The notes below the pieces were generated by a model, which saw only the letters and a program-made list of their open reading frames with translations, had not been told where the DNA came from and did not search any database. Shown in pieces: positions 16,150 to 25,829 of a stretch of 26,327 nucleotides of DNA; position 1 is the first letter of the stretch, and each line of letters starts with the position of its first letter. The DNA comes from Candidatus Heimdallarchaeota archaeon (lineage in GTDB: Archaea; Asgardarchaeota; Heimdallarchaeia; Hodarchaeales; Hodarchaeaceae), in assembly GCA_019057635.1 (NCBI GenBank), contig DXJL01000131.1, forward strand, positions 1 to 26,327, in the 5' to 3' direction. Made by a program: the position numbers and the translations under genes.

Positions 16150-18126
16150 TCAGTAATCCCAATAATAGTTACGATAGAATTCTTCAATTGCCTTTGGTTC
16201 TGGAATTTGCATATTATCCCAAACATAAATTACTTCTTCCAGTTCCTTTTCACAGGTTTGTCCCTTGAACAGTTTCTTCAAGAAATTACCTCGCTCTTTT
16301 ATATCTCTTTTGACAAATGCTAGATATTCCTTTTCACTATAATAGCGGAGACGATTGAACATCCTTCCAAAGCGTTTCATTTCCCATTTATTCTCAAGTT
16401 CTTTCGGGTCTGGGAGGAGAATTCTTTCTCCAAAAACTGGATGGGGTATCCATTTTTCTATTTTACGATGTTCTGCTAAGTCTAATAATTGTTTAGAATG
16501 CGGAACCCTAACTTTCTTTCCTTGTCCTTGAAAAACAATTTCCCCAAGTTCATTCCTAAGAATTTTACCCGTATTTCTGTCAATCTTTGGTAAAAACTCA
16601 CCATTTTCATCGGTCAATCGAATTTGATTACCATTAAGATCGTGTTCACCGATGGCGCCCGTATTAATAACAATGAACGCAAGTTTTCCATCTTTTTCAA
16701 GGCCCATATCTTTGTACACTTCCCACTTCAGCAAAGCTTGGTGACAATGTTCACGAGCCATAAAATCTGTTGCAGCATAAGAGCGCACTCTCGTTCCAGC
16801 CTTTTTAGCTGCCACTGCGGAAGTAATTATTGATTCGACTGCACTATCTAAAGCAACAGCCACTACTGGATCTACTACACGAAACATGGGATGCATATAA
16901 TCGAACCGCTTCATCGAAAGAACAACAGTTTTCAGATAACGGAGTTCTGTACTTTTTCCCCAATCAGGGTTCAATTCTGAAAATAAAAAGATGAAACGGC
17001 CGTTAGTTGTTCCAGAACTATGATATCGTGTGCAAAGTAACGAACCTGCATGTTTACCTTCCTTCACTTCAGGAATTTTGACCGTATAACCGTTTATTTT
17101 CTTCAATTTGTAACTGACGTTTTCACAGTCAATATTCATTGCTAATACGACAGGATGTTCGCCTTCCTCGTCCACTTCTAAAGATTTCATAAGACCAGGC
17201 CATTCAGGACATAATGGCCCTAAATTCTGAGATTTTGCGAAAGAACCTGCTTCCAAGCCAATTAGTTGAACTTTTTCAATCTTATTCGTCTCTGGGTTAC
17301 GTATAATCTTTCCGATACATGCATCATCTTGTTCTAGTTCAGGACCTACCGTCAAAGTGGTTTTTCCTGTACCAGATAATCCCTTGAGGACCCTATCTGA
17401 AGTCATTCCCGCATGATAAGAAATAAATCCATCAGACTCGGCTTTATTCCAAACCATTGTGAGATTAGGTTTTTTATATGCTCCCCCAAAATAATCAACA
17501 CGTAAACTGACGACACGCCGTTTATTCTGGTCCGTTTCAGTGAAATCGTATAATGTGATTGGCTCATTCGGATCGAAGTTTGGCCAAAATTTTCGTATTT
17601 CATTCACATACCGTAAAGGTAAAGTTTCTTGAATAATGAAGTTCCAGCAGTCAATTTGTTGGTCTTCCTTTGGAGGAAAAACCATTAACTTGCCAAACCA
17701 CCCAATATAGGCCGAATGAGGGTTTTTTGCACTAATTGTTACGCGAAGACCAACTTCATAACCGTGTTCCCCCTGAATTCCATCTTGCACAACAACAGGT
17801 ACGTTTTCCTCTCTAAGATAACGGAGAACTACCTCAAATAATTTCTTCCCTCTCTCACGATCAAAGGCCTTCTGTCCTTGTCCTAGACGATGTCCCTCTG
17901 GTACCATATAGTACGCCCGATCGGGTCGTCGACCAGCTTGAGTGGATCCGAAAAGATACTGAAAATCTTTCGTATGCACATAATATCTTCGTAAGAATAT
18001 CCTAAACCAATCATGGTCGGGATTTTTAACAATTAAGCTATTTTTTGATACTTGGCAATCATAACCAATATCTATAATGGCTTCAGTCACATCTTCCATC
18101 TCTAATGGTTTATCGGTATTTTTCAA
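16150..18126 (-). CDS. pckA: Phosphoenolpyruvate carboxykinase (ATP)-like, divergent
   Basis: YFGGAYKK (cf. YAGEMKK), SYHAG (metal His), kinase-1a GLSGTGKTTL, kinase-2 QDD, LEAGSFAK (cf. FEGGCYAK), TTNGR (cf. TENTR), INTG. Confidence 0.8.
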   Translation of the reverse strand: MKNTDKPLEMEDVTEAIIDIGYDCQVSKNSLIVKNPDHDWFRIFLRRYYVHTKDFQYLFGSTQAGRRPDRAYYMVPEGHRLGQGQKAFDRERGKKLFEVVLRYLREENVPVVVQDGIQGEHGYEVGLRVTISAKNPHSAYIGWFGKLMVFPPKEDQQIDCWNFIIQETLPLRYVNEIRKFWPNFDPNEPITLYDFTETDQNKRRVVSLRVDYFGGAYKKPNLTMVWNKAESDGFISYHAGMTSDRVLKGLSGTGKTTLTVGPELEQDDACIGKIIRNPETNKIEKVQLIGLEAGSFAKSQNLGPLCPEWPGLMKSLEVDEEGEHPVVLAMNIDCENVSYKLKKINGYTVKIPEVKEGKHAGSLLCTRYHSSGTTNGRFIFLFSELNPDWGKSTELRYLKTVVLSMKRFDYMHPMFRVVDPVVAVALDSAVESIITSAVAAKKAGTRVRSYAATDFMAREHCHQALLKWEVYKDMGLEKDGKLAFIVINTGAIGEHDLNGNQIRLTDENGEFLPKIDRNTGKILRNELGEIVFQGQGKKVRVPHSKQLLDLAEHRKIEKWIPHPVFGERILLPDPKELENKWEMKRFGRMFNRLRYYSEKEYLAFVKRDIKERGNFLKKLFKGQTCEKELEEVIYVWDNMQIPEPKAIEEFYRNYYWDY

Positions 18127-18149
18127 GTCAATTTTTTTCAGAATTGACT
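18126..18149. promoter_or_regulatory. Inverted repeat at the pckA start, possible operator
   Basis: AGTCAATT-N8-AATTGACT with perfect 8-bp arms, touching the TTG start. Confidence 0.35.
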
Positions 18150-18376
18150 GCAGCTAAGGCGAATTTCATGGGTTTTTTATCTTTATTGTAATAAATTACA
18201 GCCATTTCTAAGCTAAATTAGAAAAATATAATAGAAGTGTTATCTTAGTGCTACAGAGAGGGAACCCCTCTGATAATCAACTATTCCGTTAAACTGTGAA
18301 GAATCTAAATAATTACCTCTAGAAAGTTGACCTAATTATCTGAAAAGGGAAAAGCACACCATAGGAAGACCAAATT

Positions 18377-18997
18377 ATGTCACGAGCAAAAATGGATTTC
18401 GCTGAGGGAATATTCCGCTTTAATTTCAAGGTTTGTGTGCTTGGTGATGGAGGGGTTGGTAAAACGGCAATTATTCAACATTTACTGGGTAAGGCGTTTA
18501 CACCGAATTATCTACTTACTATAGGAACAGATATTTCAACATTTCAGCTTCAGCATAATGGCAAAAATCTTCACCTACAGCTTTGGGATATGGCAGGCCA
18601 AACTCGATTTGATGTTGTTAGGAACTTGTATTTTAGTGGTGCTCGTGCAGGTGTTCTTGTTTTTGACCTGACCCGCGAAACATCACTTCACTCCCTTACT
18701 AAATGGAAAGAAGAAATCTTCAGCCATTCTCAACGAAAAGTTCCCCTACTTATACTTGGAAATAAATCTGATTTGGATGGTTCTCATTTCTCCTATCTTG
18801 ACCCTGTTGACAATTTCATCCAAGATGTTGAGGAAGAATACTACGATGAATATGAGAATAACGAATTACATATTCCTTTTTACACAACTTCTGCCCAAAC
18901 AGGTGATAATATCTTGAAAGCATTTGATTCTCTTGGACATATATTGTTGACCTATCAAAAACAGACTAGTGCTATTCCAAAAATTCCGTTGGAATAA
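18377..18997 (+). CDS. Rab-like small GTPase (eukaryotic signature protein type)
   Basis: G1 GDGGVGKT, G2 YLLTIG, G3 WDMAGQ, G4 NKSD, G5 TSAQ. RabF-like motifs IGTDI, HLQLW, RFDVV, YFSGA, LVFDLT. No C-terminal Cys. Confidence 0.93.
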   Translation: MSRAKMDFAEGIFRFNFKVCVLGDGGVGKTAIIQHLLGKAFTPNYLLTIGTDISTFQLQHNGKNLHLQLWDMAGQTRFDVVRNLYFSGARAGVLVFDLTRETSLHSLTKWKEEIFSHSQRKVPLLILGNKSDLDGSHFSYLDPVDNFIQDVEEEYYDEYENNELHIPFYTTSAQTGDNILKAFDSLGHILLTYQKQTSAIPKIPLE

Positions 18998-19006
18998 AAA
19001 ATACCG

Positions 19007-19840
19007 TTATTCTCTTAGTACATACTGTGAAAAGTAATCTTTCATTTCTTCCAAGTGATAGCTTCCTAAATTCAAGGAAATTGGGGAAATTGTAATAAGT
19101 TTCTCCTCCAGTAAAACGTAACTATCGGTATCAATCGGTAAATTGCTTTGCACCTGACCCCAAAGCCAGTAAACAGGAATATTCCGTGGATCTAAAGTCT
19201 CAATTACTTCATCAATGTACTTTACAGGACAGAGTTGAACAACTTTTATCTTTGTTGCTAGATCAACGCTATTGGGGAAATTAATATTGAGAATTTTCAC
19301 TGAGTTTGGAAAAGGATTCGATAGAACGTGTGAAACAATTTCCTTGGCTCGTCTCGCTGCGATGTTAAATCTAGAAGAAGAATCCTGAGTTTTCTCGAAA
19401 AGTTCATTCTCAGGTAGTTCTAAGGAAAACGCAAGTGATGTAATTCCCAAGATACCTCCTTCTAATGCAGCTGCACAGGTACCTGATGTGAAAATAGCAT
19501 GAATTGAGGTATTATCACCATGATTTATGCCACAAAGGATGAAATCTGGAATTTTATTATACTTCTGCATACATATTTTCTGACCAATGATTACGCTATC
19601 CGCTGGAGTACCATTAACAGAATAAGCTTGTATGTTCATATTAGTGAGAAAATTCTCTTTCGCCTGAACTCTTACTGGCTGAGTATATGTTACTGATTTT
19701 CCTTTTCCTGATTGTTGTGTGGAAGGAGCAACGACAACGATGTCTCCTAAAGAACTCATTTCTTTAACTAGTTCTTTTAATCCTACAGCTTCTATGCCAT
19801 CATCATTTGTAACTAAGAATAGCAAATATTCCACTCTCAA
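19007..19840 (-). CDS. surE: 5'/3'-nucleotidase SurE
   Basis: LVTNDDG, VVAP..QQSG, GTPAD, GINHGDN, SGT..AA.EG, NINFP, YW, ITISPI. Confidence 0.95.
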   Translation of the reverse strand: MRVEYLLFLVTNDDGIEAVGLKELVKEMSSLGDIVVVAPSTQQSGKGKSVTYTQPVRVQAKENFLTNMNIQAYSVNGTPADSVIIGQKICMQKYNKIPDFILCGINHGDNTSIHAIFTSGTCAAALEGGILGITSLAFSLELPENELFEKTQDSSSRFNIAARRAKEIVSHVLSNPFPNSVKILNINFPNSVDLATKIKVVQLCPVKYIDEVIETLDPRNIPVYWLWGQVQSNLPIDTDSYVLLEEKLITISPISLNLGSYHLEEMKDYFSQYVLRE

Positions 19841-19898
19841 GTGTTAATTTAACATAGTAAAATAATATCTCTGGCTTACTTACTGAGTGTTCAGACTT

Positions 19899-20801
19899 CT
19901 ATTTCGCTAATTCCAATGTGAAAAGTGAATAATTATCAGTAATTTTTGGTTCAAATTGAACAAGAGTTTTAGCAATTTCACTACCTTCTTCTGTATTAAA
20001 ATGCAAAGGGTACCTTGTCCAACCAGCCATTTTACATTCATTTGCAATTTCGGTAAGTAAGAGAGGCCATGAATCTTCAAATCCTGGTCGTGTTGCAGTA
20101 AAGCGTAGTACAAGCGTTGGTTTATCACTTGCAGGCTGATCTAAAAGAGGAGCACTGGCACAAACATCTTGGGATTCTTGTGAAATAATAACACAATGGC
20201 CATCTTTCAAAACTTTATTTTTAAAGTAATCTTGGAAAAATTCTTCAGTTAGTCCTGCTTCTTGAAGCTCTTTATCGACTCTACCAAGCTCTATTAATGA
20301 ATCCATGTCTGATATTGTAGCTAAACGCGATTTATAATTCATTTTTTCATCTAATTTTTGAGTACTAAGTTTTTCTATATCAAAACTGTAATCTAAACCT
20401 TTTACTTTAAGAGTAAATCCTCTCTTTGTGAAAAATTCCTGGACTTGGGACCATTGAGCATTAATCCAATATTGGATTTCATTTGGGTTTTTCGATTTTA
20501 AATAGACCAACATATCTGAGAAGAGTTTATTCTGAACATCTGGAGGACAATCAGCTGTACACCAAGGGTAGCCAAGATAAAAAACTGTACTTGAAACTTG
20601 CGATGCCTGAATATACGCAAGGGGTTTATCTTCTTTGGAAAAAGCGTAGCGTAATAAGCGGGGGTCTTTTTTATCCCTGATAATTTTCTGTTCGATATCT
20701 ACGGCACTAACTTTGCTTCCTGTATTGCTATTAAAGAGATCAGCTTGAATCCTTTCAAATCCCAATCCAGACTCGTAGAATTTATATTTAACATTCTCCA
20801 T
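19899..20801 (-). CDS. Hypothetical protein, probable tandem GNAT-fold
   Basis: Two units with GNAT-like elements (LAYIQA...QNKLFSDML...FFTKRGF; SRLATISD...ATRPGFE...LLTEI). Confidence 0.6.
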   Translation of the reverse strand: MENVKYKFYESGLGFERIQADLFNSNTGSKVSAVDIEQKIIRDKKDPRLLRYAFSKEDKPLAYIQASQVSSTVFYLGYPWCTADCPPDVQNKLFSDMLVYLKSKNPNEIQYWINAQWSQVQEFFTKRGFTLKVKGLDYSFDIEKLSTQKLDEKMNYKSRLATISDMDSLIELGRVDKELQEAGLTEEFFQDYFKNKVLKDGHCVIISQESQDVCASAPLLDQPASDKPTLVLRFTATRPGFEDSWPLLLTEIANECKMAGWTRYPLHFNTEEGSEIAKTLVQFEPKITDNYSLFTLELAK

Positions 20802-21142
20802 TCAGATCACTCATAGGTAATAAATAGCAGTTATTTTATGGAGATTCTCATCTGTTTTTCAATGTACCTCTAATGGTAAGAGCTATCTGAAAGTCATTCC
20901 AATACCCTCCCTTAACTATCAGTAGTTTGTGCCTGAAAACTTATGAATAATTATACCTTCAATATCAATAAAATTCGTTCCTAAAAAAACCTTTTTATGG
21001 GAAGCTATCCTTGGTTATAATTCACAATGGTATATTCTACTCGGAGGAATTTTACAAAGTAGAACTATTTTCTAAAAAACTTACCTCTATCAGAAGCCTT
21101 AAACCTTTTTTATTCTAGTTACCCTTAATTCGAGTTGGTGAA

Positions 21143-21670
21143 ATGGACAACACTGACGGTGAAAAAGTAAAGGCCAGATCAAATATTGAAACATTCATAA
21201 TCATGCTTGTAGAGTCTATAATCTTAAGTATAATACTCGTAGCAATAATCAAGATACCTATAGTCGAGGAAGTCCTTTTGGAGATCATTTTTCCAGAGAA
21301 TCCTTTAATAATATTTCCCTACAATCTTATTGGTCTATTAATACTTGTTTTGGGATTTGTATTGATTATCTGGGCGAATTATACGCTTTTACAGAAAATC
21401 AGCCTTGAGGAACGGGAACCGTTTCATACACCATCGGCTCTTGTTCTTAACGGTCCATTCCAATTTAGCAGGAATCCAGTCTATTTATCAGTAATCATGA
21501 TGGCTTTCGGTCTAGCGACACTATTGGGTAGTCTGATACTTTTTATTTTACCTCCAATCTTTTTCATTATATTCCATCGATTTCTTATTCGATGGGAAGA
21601 AAAGAAACTGGAAGAAACATTTGGAGAAAACTATCTGGAATATAAAAGGCATGTTAGACGGTGGTTCTAG
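21143..21670 (+). CDS. Isoprenylcysteine carboxyl methyltransferase (ICMT)/PEMT family membrane methyltransferase
   Basis: LV..GPFQFSRNPVY and EE..LEETFGENYLEYKRHVRRW motifs with several TM helices. Confidence 0.9.
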   Translation: MDNTDGEKVKARSNIETFIIMLVESIILSIILVAIIKIPIVEEVLLEIIFPENPLIIFPYNLIGLLILVLGFVLIIWANYTLLQKISLEEREPFHTPSALVLNGPFQFSRNPVYLSVIMMAFGLATLLGSLILFILPPIFFIIFHRFLIRWEEKKLEETFGENYLEYKRHVRRWF

Positions 21671-22250
21671 TATCTACTTCTATCTTGTTTTGTATTAACT
21701 GTATTTGTTTTGTCAAACGTCTTAAAATAACTCTTGTCATCCAGTAAAGCTAGACAAAACGGAAAGATTCTCATTGAAAAATAATATTAAAATTTTAACC
21801 AATAAATTCCTTCAATGTCGTTTATCAAGAGCTAAGTGTTATTTAGAGTGTAATTAAATCATTTCTCAGACTAAACGTTGGATATATCCTAAAATGTAGC
21901 ACATTCTGATAAATTCAATCAACTTCTAAAATCAAATTTTTGCTAGAAGAATAATCTCAATTCACTGAAGATACGACATAAAAGTAATAGCTAGAGCAGT
22001 TCTGAATTATGAAAACAAAGACCTCTTTGTTTCTTTTCTTATTAAGTATAGTGTAATACCTAATGGTATTCCAACGATTGTACAAAAAATCGAAATTATA
22101 TACATATCTTCACCAACAAATTCAAATAAAGAGGTTAACATACCTATAATAGTTAAAACAATACTTAATCTTTCGGTTATTCTTTTCAGTTATCTTTTTC
22201 TCTTTCCTATAATTATTATTGGAAATTCCTTCTTACAGCTAAGAATAGAC

Positions 22251-23054
22251 ATGAAATACGCATGGTTGGCTCCCATCTACACTGTATTTGTTCCAGTGTT
22301 TTTTTTGCTCGTTTTCACAGGAGGGATCTTAAATCTTGATAGAATCCTGATCTGGTATCTTCTACCATGCATCGTTCTTCTATTTCCCAAAATTATCAGC
22401 GATGCTAGGTATAAAACAATCCTGTACGTCTTGGGGATAATATTATTGTGGATTGGTTTTGATCATCGCTACACAGGAGGTATTTTTGATGCTTTTGAGG
22501 ATCTGGGATATATAATGAATTCACTCTGGATGGCTTGTATAGGATTTGTAACCTATGGTATCGGGGAAGGAATTCATGACAAACAAAATGATATGGATAG
22601 GGGACTTCTCCCATCAATGTACGCATCGATTGTAGCAAATAAGGTCACCGTCATGGCATCGGTCATCATTATCCCATTAGATCTCCTCACTAGCTTTCTC
22701 ATCTGGAATCCTCAAGAATTTGATCTGTTCAATATTATGATAAGTTTTGTTGGCATCGCTCTTACAATAGGCTTGCAGGAAGAGATGGTTTTTAGGGCTG
22801 TAATTCTCAAGGAACTGGGTAAACATGGGGAATTTGTCAATTATCAGAGAGTAGTGTTAGTATTGGTTTCTATCCTCTTTGGACTCACCCATTGGAACAA
22901 TACAACAAGTGAATATTTTTTGACGTACGTTATCACTGCCACCATTGCAGGTATAGCTTATGGTTTATCCTTTAGAAAAGCTGGTTTGTTCTCAGCCATC
23001 CTCTCCCATACCTTAATTGATTGGTTCTGGGCTCTGTTGCTGAAGAGACCATGA
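22251..23054 (+). CDS. CPBP family intramembrane glutamic endopeptidase (Rce1/Abi-like CAAX protease); N-terminus probably longer
   Basis: Motifs EEMVFR, FGLTH, HTLID and multiple TMs. The frame is open upstream to 21969 and includes another TM segment. Confidence 0.9.
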   Translation: MKYAWLAPIYTVFVPVFFLLVFTGGILNLDRILIWYLLPCIVLLFPKIISDARYKTILYVLGIILLWIGFDHRYTGGIFDAFEDLGYIMNSLWMACIGFVTYGIGEGIHDKQNDMDRGLLPSMYASIVANKVTVMASVIIIPLDLLTSFLIWNPQEFDLFNIMISFVGIALTIGLQEEMVFRAVILKELGKHGEFVNYQRVVLVLVSILFGLTHWNNTTSEYFLTYVITATIAGIAYGLSFRKAGLFSAILSHTLIDWFWALLLKRP

Positions 23055-23132
23055 CTTATCTTATCGGACAAAAATGATCATAATAGTAGAATGCAATCCT
23101 ACTTCGAATTCTCAACATCGCAAGATTAGTTT

Positions 23133-24035
23133 TTATTCTGTTGGGGGAAAAATTAATGCGTTTGATTTTTCTGCACAGATGGAAGAAGCTATTATCTTGG
23201 CATCATTTTCGATTTTCTTGATTGCTTGAAAAACAATGAGAGAATCAGGTTCTTTTTGAATAATAGAGCAAAAATCTTTCAGATAAATTGGTCCTTGATT
23301 GATCTGTAATACTATCTTCCTATTCTCTTCTTCGAGTTTATTCTTGATTATATTAAGATAAATCTCTAATCGATTCAGCTCTTTTTCTGTTACTAAACTC
23401 GAATAACAAACATCTAATTGAGCGTTATCTTCGATCATGGTTACTAACCATCCAAGAAAGTCATTCTTGAATATTGTACTCCTTATCAACACTTTGATAT
23501 CTTTAACAGGTGTCTTTTGGGCTTTTAATACTAAATAAATTGGAATTCTTTTCTTGAAAAGAAACTCTGTTATAACTTAATCTATTGTTGTTCCTAAGCT
23601 ATCTATTTCTGGTTCTTCTCCTGGAGCAAATAAGGTGAAAGGGGCTGGAATTACTATTAAATCTATTCTTCTTTTTAGAATAAGTTCCCTCATCCGATTA
23701 AAAGGTGTTTCTTTCTCATCAGGAATAAGAGCAACATCAAATAGAACATTTTCCCCTGAGAACCTTTTTTTAATTCTAGTTATTAATTCGGGAAGTGTTT
23801 CAATATCAATATTTGCCTCTTTGGCTTGAGAAAGATAGCTTCGAACAGCTAGAAGGAATATGAAGCTTGCATTCGTCCTTTGATGCAACTGTTCAACTAA
23901 ATTAAAAATAAAATCTTCTCGATCTTCAGTCTCATCAAGGACTAGTAGAATATTCTTGATATCCACTTGGTCAGAAATCTTCGCTTTACCAAAAATATCC
24001 GATAATTTATTGGTTGATTTTTCAAAACTACTCAT
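23133..24035 (-). pseudogene. Tandem universal stress protein (USP)-like gene interrupted by a single in-frame TAA at 23577-23579
   Basis: ORFs 23577..24035 and 23133..23492 share a frame. Read-through gives IKNILLVLD...IDLIVI...SLGTTID*VITEFLFKKRIPIYLV...VKDIKVLI, i.e. the USP C-terminal motif followed by a second domain; 301 codons in total. Confidence 0.8.
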
Positions 24036-24056
24036 TTTTATTCCTCTTTTGATCCT

Positions 24057-25394
24057 TTAAATTGAAAATACCCATAAACCAATGATATAAAAGCTTCCAA
24101 TGAGTAATTGCAAAACAGCTGTAATTCCTCCATATTTCAAGAACTCCAAGAAAGTAACTCTAAATTTTGGATTATCTAGACGATTTAATATGGATACTGA
24201 TTGAACAGTAGAAGCTGATCCGATCTGTGTGATATTTCCACCTAGATTCGTCCCAATAACGACAGACACTAAAAGTGGATTAAACTTAAGAGCTGGATAA
24301 TCCTCTAATAATGTATCTAAAACTGATGTCATTACAGAAGCCACAGGAATGTTGTCTAATAATGCTGATGCTACAGCATTTATCCATTGCAGAGCGATAA
24401 TTCCTCCTAGAAGATCTATTTCACAGAAGAACTCAATCGGTGCAGCCAGAATTTCCAAGATACCAACTTTCTCAGCAACACCCACAATTGTGAGGAGTCC
24501 AATCATAAAAAATACTAAAGTCCATTCTACTTTTTCTAATGATTTCTCCACGTTTTCACCAATGAGTCCCAGCATTATAAAACCACCTGCGATGGCAATA
24601 TATCCCAATTCAACCCTAAAAGGTAAGAATGATACGATTGCAAAACTTAGTATTGTCAGAATAAGAACAATTACCGCAACAGCAAAATCTTTCTGATTGC
24701 TTACAACGGTTCTTTCATCAATTAATAGAATTTCTGCATATTTTATCCGAGATATTTTTTTTGAAAAATCTTTTCTAAATAAGAAGGCCCAAAATATATA
24801 TGTTACAATTCCAGTAATGAACACATAAGGGGCTGTTAAAATAAAAAATTCAACGAAACCGATATCAAAATGACCCCCAAGAATTAAGTTCGGAGGGGAA
24901 GCAATTCTTGTCATTGTACCCCCCAAGTTGGCAAAAATTGCTTCAGCTAAGATAAAGGGTTTTGGATTTATATTTAGTGCCTCACATCCAACTATTGTGA
25001 TTGATCCAATTAATAATATTGCCATATATGCATCTAACAATGCAGAAAAGATTACCGTCAAGACACATAAGGCAAATAGCAGTTTATATTGGTTATCACC
25101 ACTTTTTTTCAAAACAACAATAGCTATGTATTCAAATAATCCCGTTGTTCTGGCTACTCCAACCATAAGAGTAATACCAATAATTACTAGAAGAAGGTCA
25201 ACTTCCAAGAGCTCAAGAAGATGTTCTACATCAGGTATTAGAGGGGTTCCATCTTTTCCAGGAATTATTGCGATTAGTAGAGCAAATCCTGCACCCATCA
25301 TTGCTGCTAATGTTTTGTGAACCCGTTCAAAAATAATTAATAATAGGGTTGACGCGAAAATGAGTAGTATTAGTAACTCTATTAATGAATCCAC
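24057..25394 (-). CDS. ArsB/NhaD/SLC13 (ion transporter superfamily) permease
   Basis: Many TMs; duplicated motifs SALLDA..NLGGTMTRIASPPN and SALLDNIP..NLGGNITQIGSAST. Lies 21 bp upstream of the USP gene. Confidence 0.9.
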   Translation of the reverse strand: MDSLIELLILLIFASTLLLIIFERVHKTLAAMMGAGFALLIAIIPGKDGTPLIPDVEHLLELLEVDLLLVIIGITLMVGVARTTGLFEYIAIVVLKKSGDNQYKLLFALCVLTVIFSALLDAYMAILLIGSITIVGCEALNINPKPFILAEAIFANLGGTMTRIASPPNLILGGHFDIGFVEFFILTAPYVFITGIVTYIFWAFLFRKDFSKKISRIKYAEILLIDERTVVSNQKDFAVAVIVLILTILSFAIVSFLPFRVELGYIAIAGGFIMLGLIGENVEKSLEKVEWTLVFFMIGLLTIVGVAEKVGILEILAAPIEFFCEIDLLGGIIALQWINAVASALLDNIPVASVMTSVLDTLLEDYPALKFNPLLVSVVIGTNLGGNITQIGSASTVQSVSILNRLDNPKFRVTFLEFLKYGGITAVLQLLIGSFYIIGLWVFSI

Positions 25395-25593
25395 TTATAT
25401 TTCACCTAGTAATGATTTTTACATTGCAATTTTTTGATAAATAGGACGACCTATGATCCCATGTTATCGATATGGTTGGTCACTTCTTTGTTGGTAATAA
25501 AAAGGCTAATTTTCCTTTTTATCAGTAATTTACGTACTTTGAAATGAATAAATTCTAATCCTCTTATTCATTTCAATTTCTAAATATTTTCGA

Positions 25594-25770
25594 TTAATTT
25601 GGGTGTTCTCGATGTTTGAATAATTCCCTATCTTTGGGAATTAAGACCAAAAGAACGTCACCAGCTTTAATATCAAACGCTTCAGCCATAGCTTTAGGTA
25701 TGTTCAATCTCATGGCTTTTGTTACCGTTAAAGGTAGCTCATAATAATCATCAACTGTCATTTCAATCAT
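25594..25770 (-). CDS. AbrB/MazE/SpoVT-family DNA-binding protein (58 aa, absent from the ORF track)
   Basis: MIEMTVDDYYELPLTVTKAMRLNIPKAMAEAFDIKAGDVLLVLIPKDRELFKHREHPN matches the V...R..IP......I..GD.L swapped-hairpin pattern. Confidence 0.75.
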   Translation of the reverse strand: MIEMTVDDYYELPLTVTKAMRLNIPKAMAEAFDIKAGDVLLVLIPKDRELFKHREHPN

Positions 25771-25829
25771 TTCTTAGCAATATGCCAAACGTTTTTGTTT
25801 TTCTAAGTCATGAGAACCCTGTTTCTTAG

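Noticed and set aside
16035-16226. 63-aa minus-strand ORF
   Set aside because: It overlaps the pckA end out of frame and is antisense to the more protein-like RHH fragment.
18254-18272. Small hairpin CAGAGAGGG-AA-CCCCTCTG between pckA and the Rab-like gene
   Set aside because: Short and bulged, with no supporting context; could be chance.
18950-18997. Prenylation signal on the Rab-like GTPase
   Set aside because: No cysteine near the C-terminus.
23577-23579. Programmed recoding (Sec/Pyl) or an alternative genetic code at the USP stop
   Set aside because: The codon is TAA, not TGA/TAG, and TAA terminates many other genes in the window.
395-25320. Numerous 60-130 aa ORFs nested in or antisense to long genes (e.g. 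7342..7551, 9438..9740, 11385..11669, 24349..24696, 24928..25320)
   Set aside because: Shadow ORFs, typical opposite hydrophobic or AT-rich coding sequence; no motifs.
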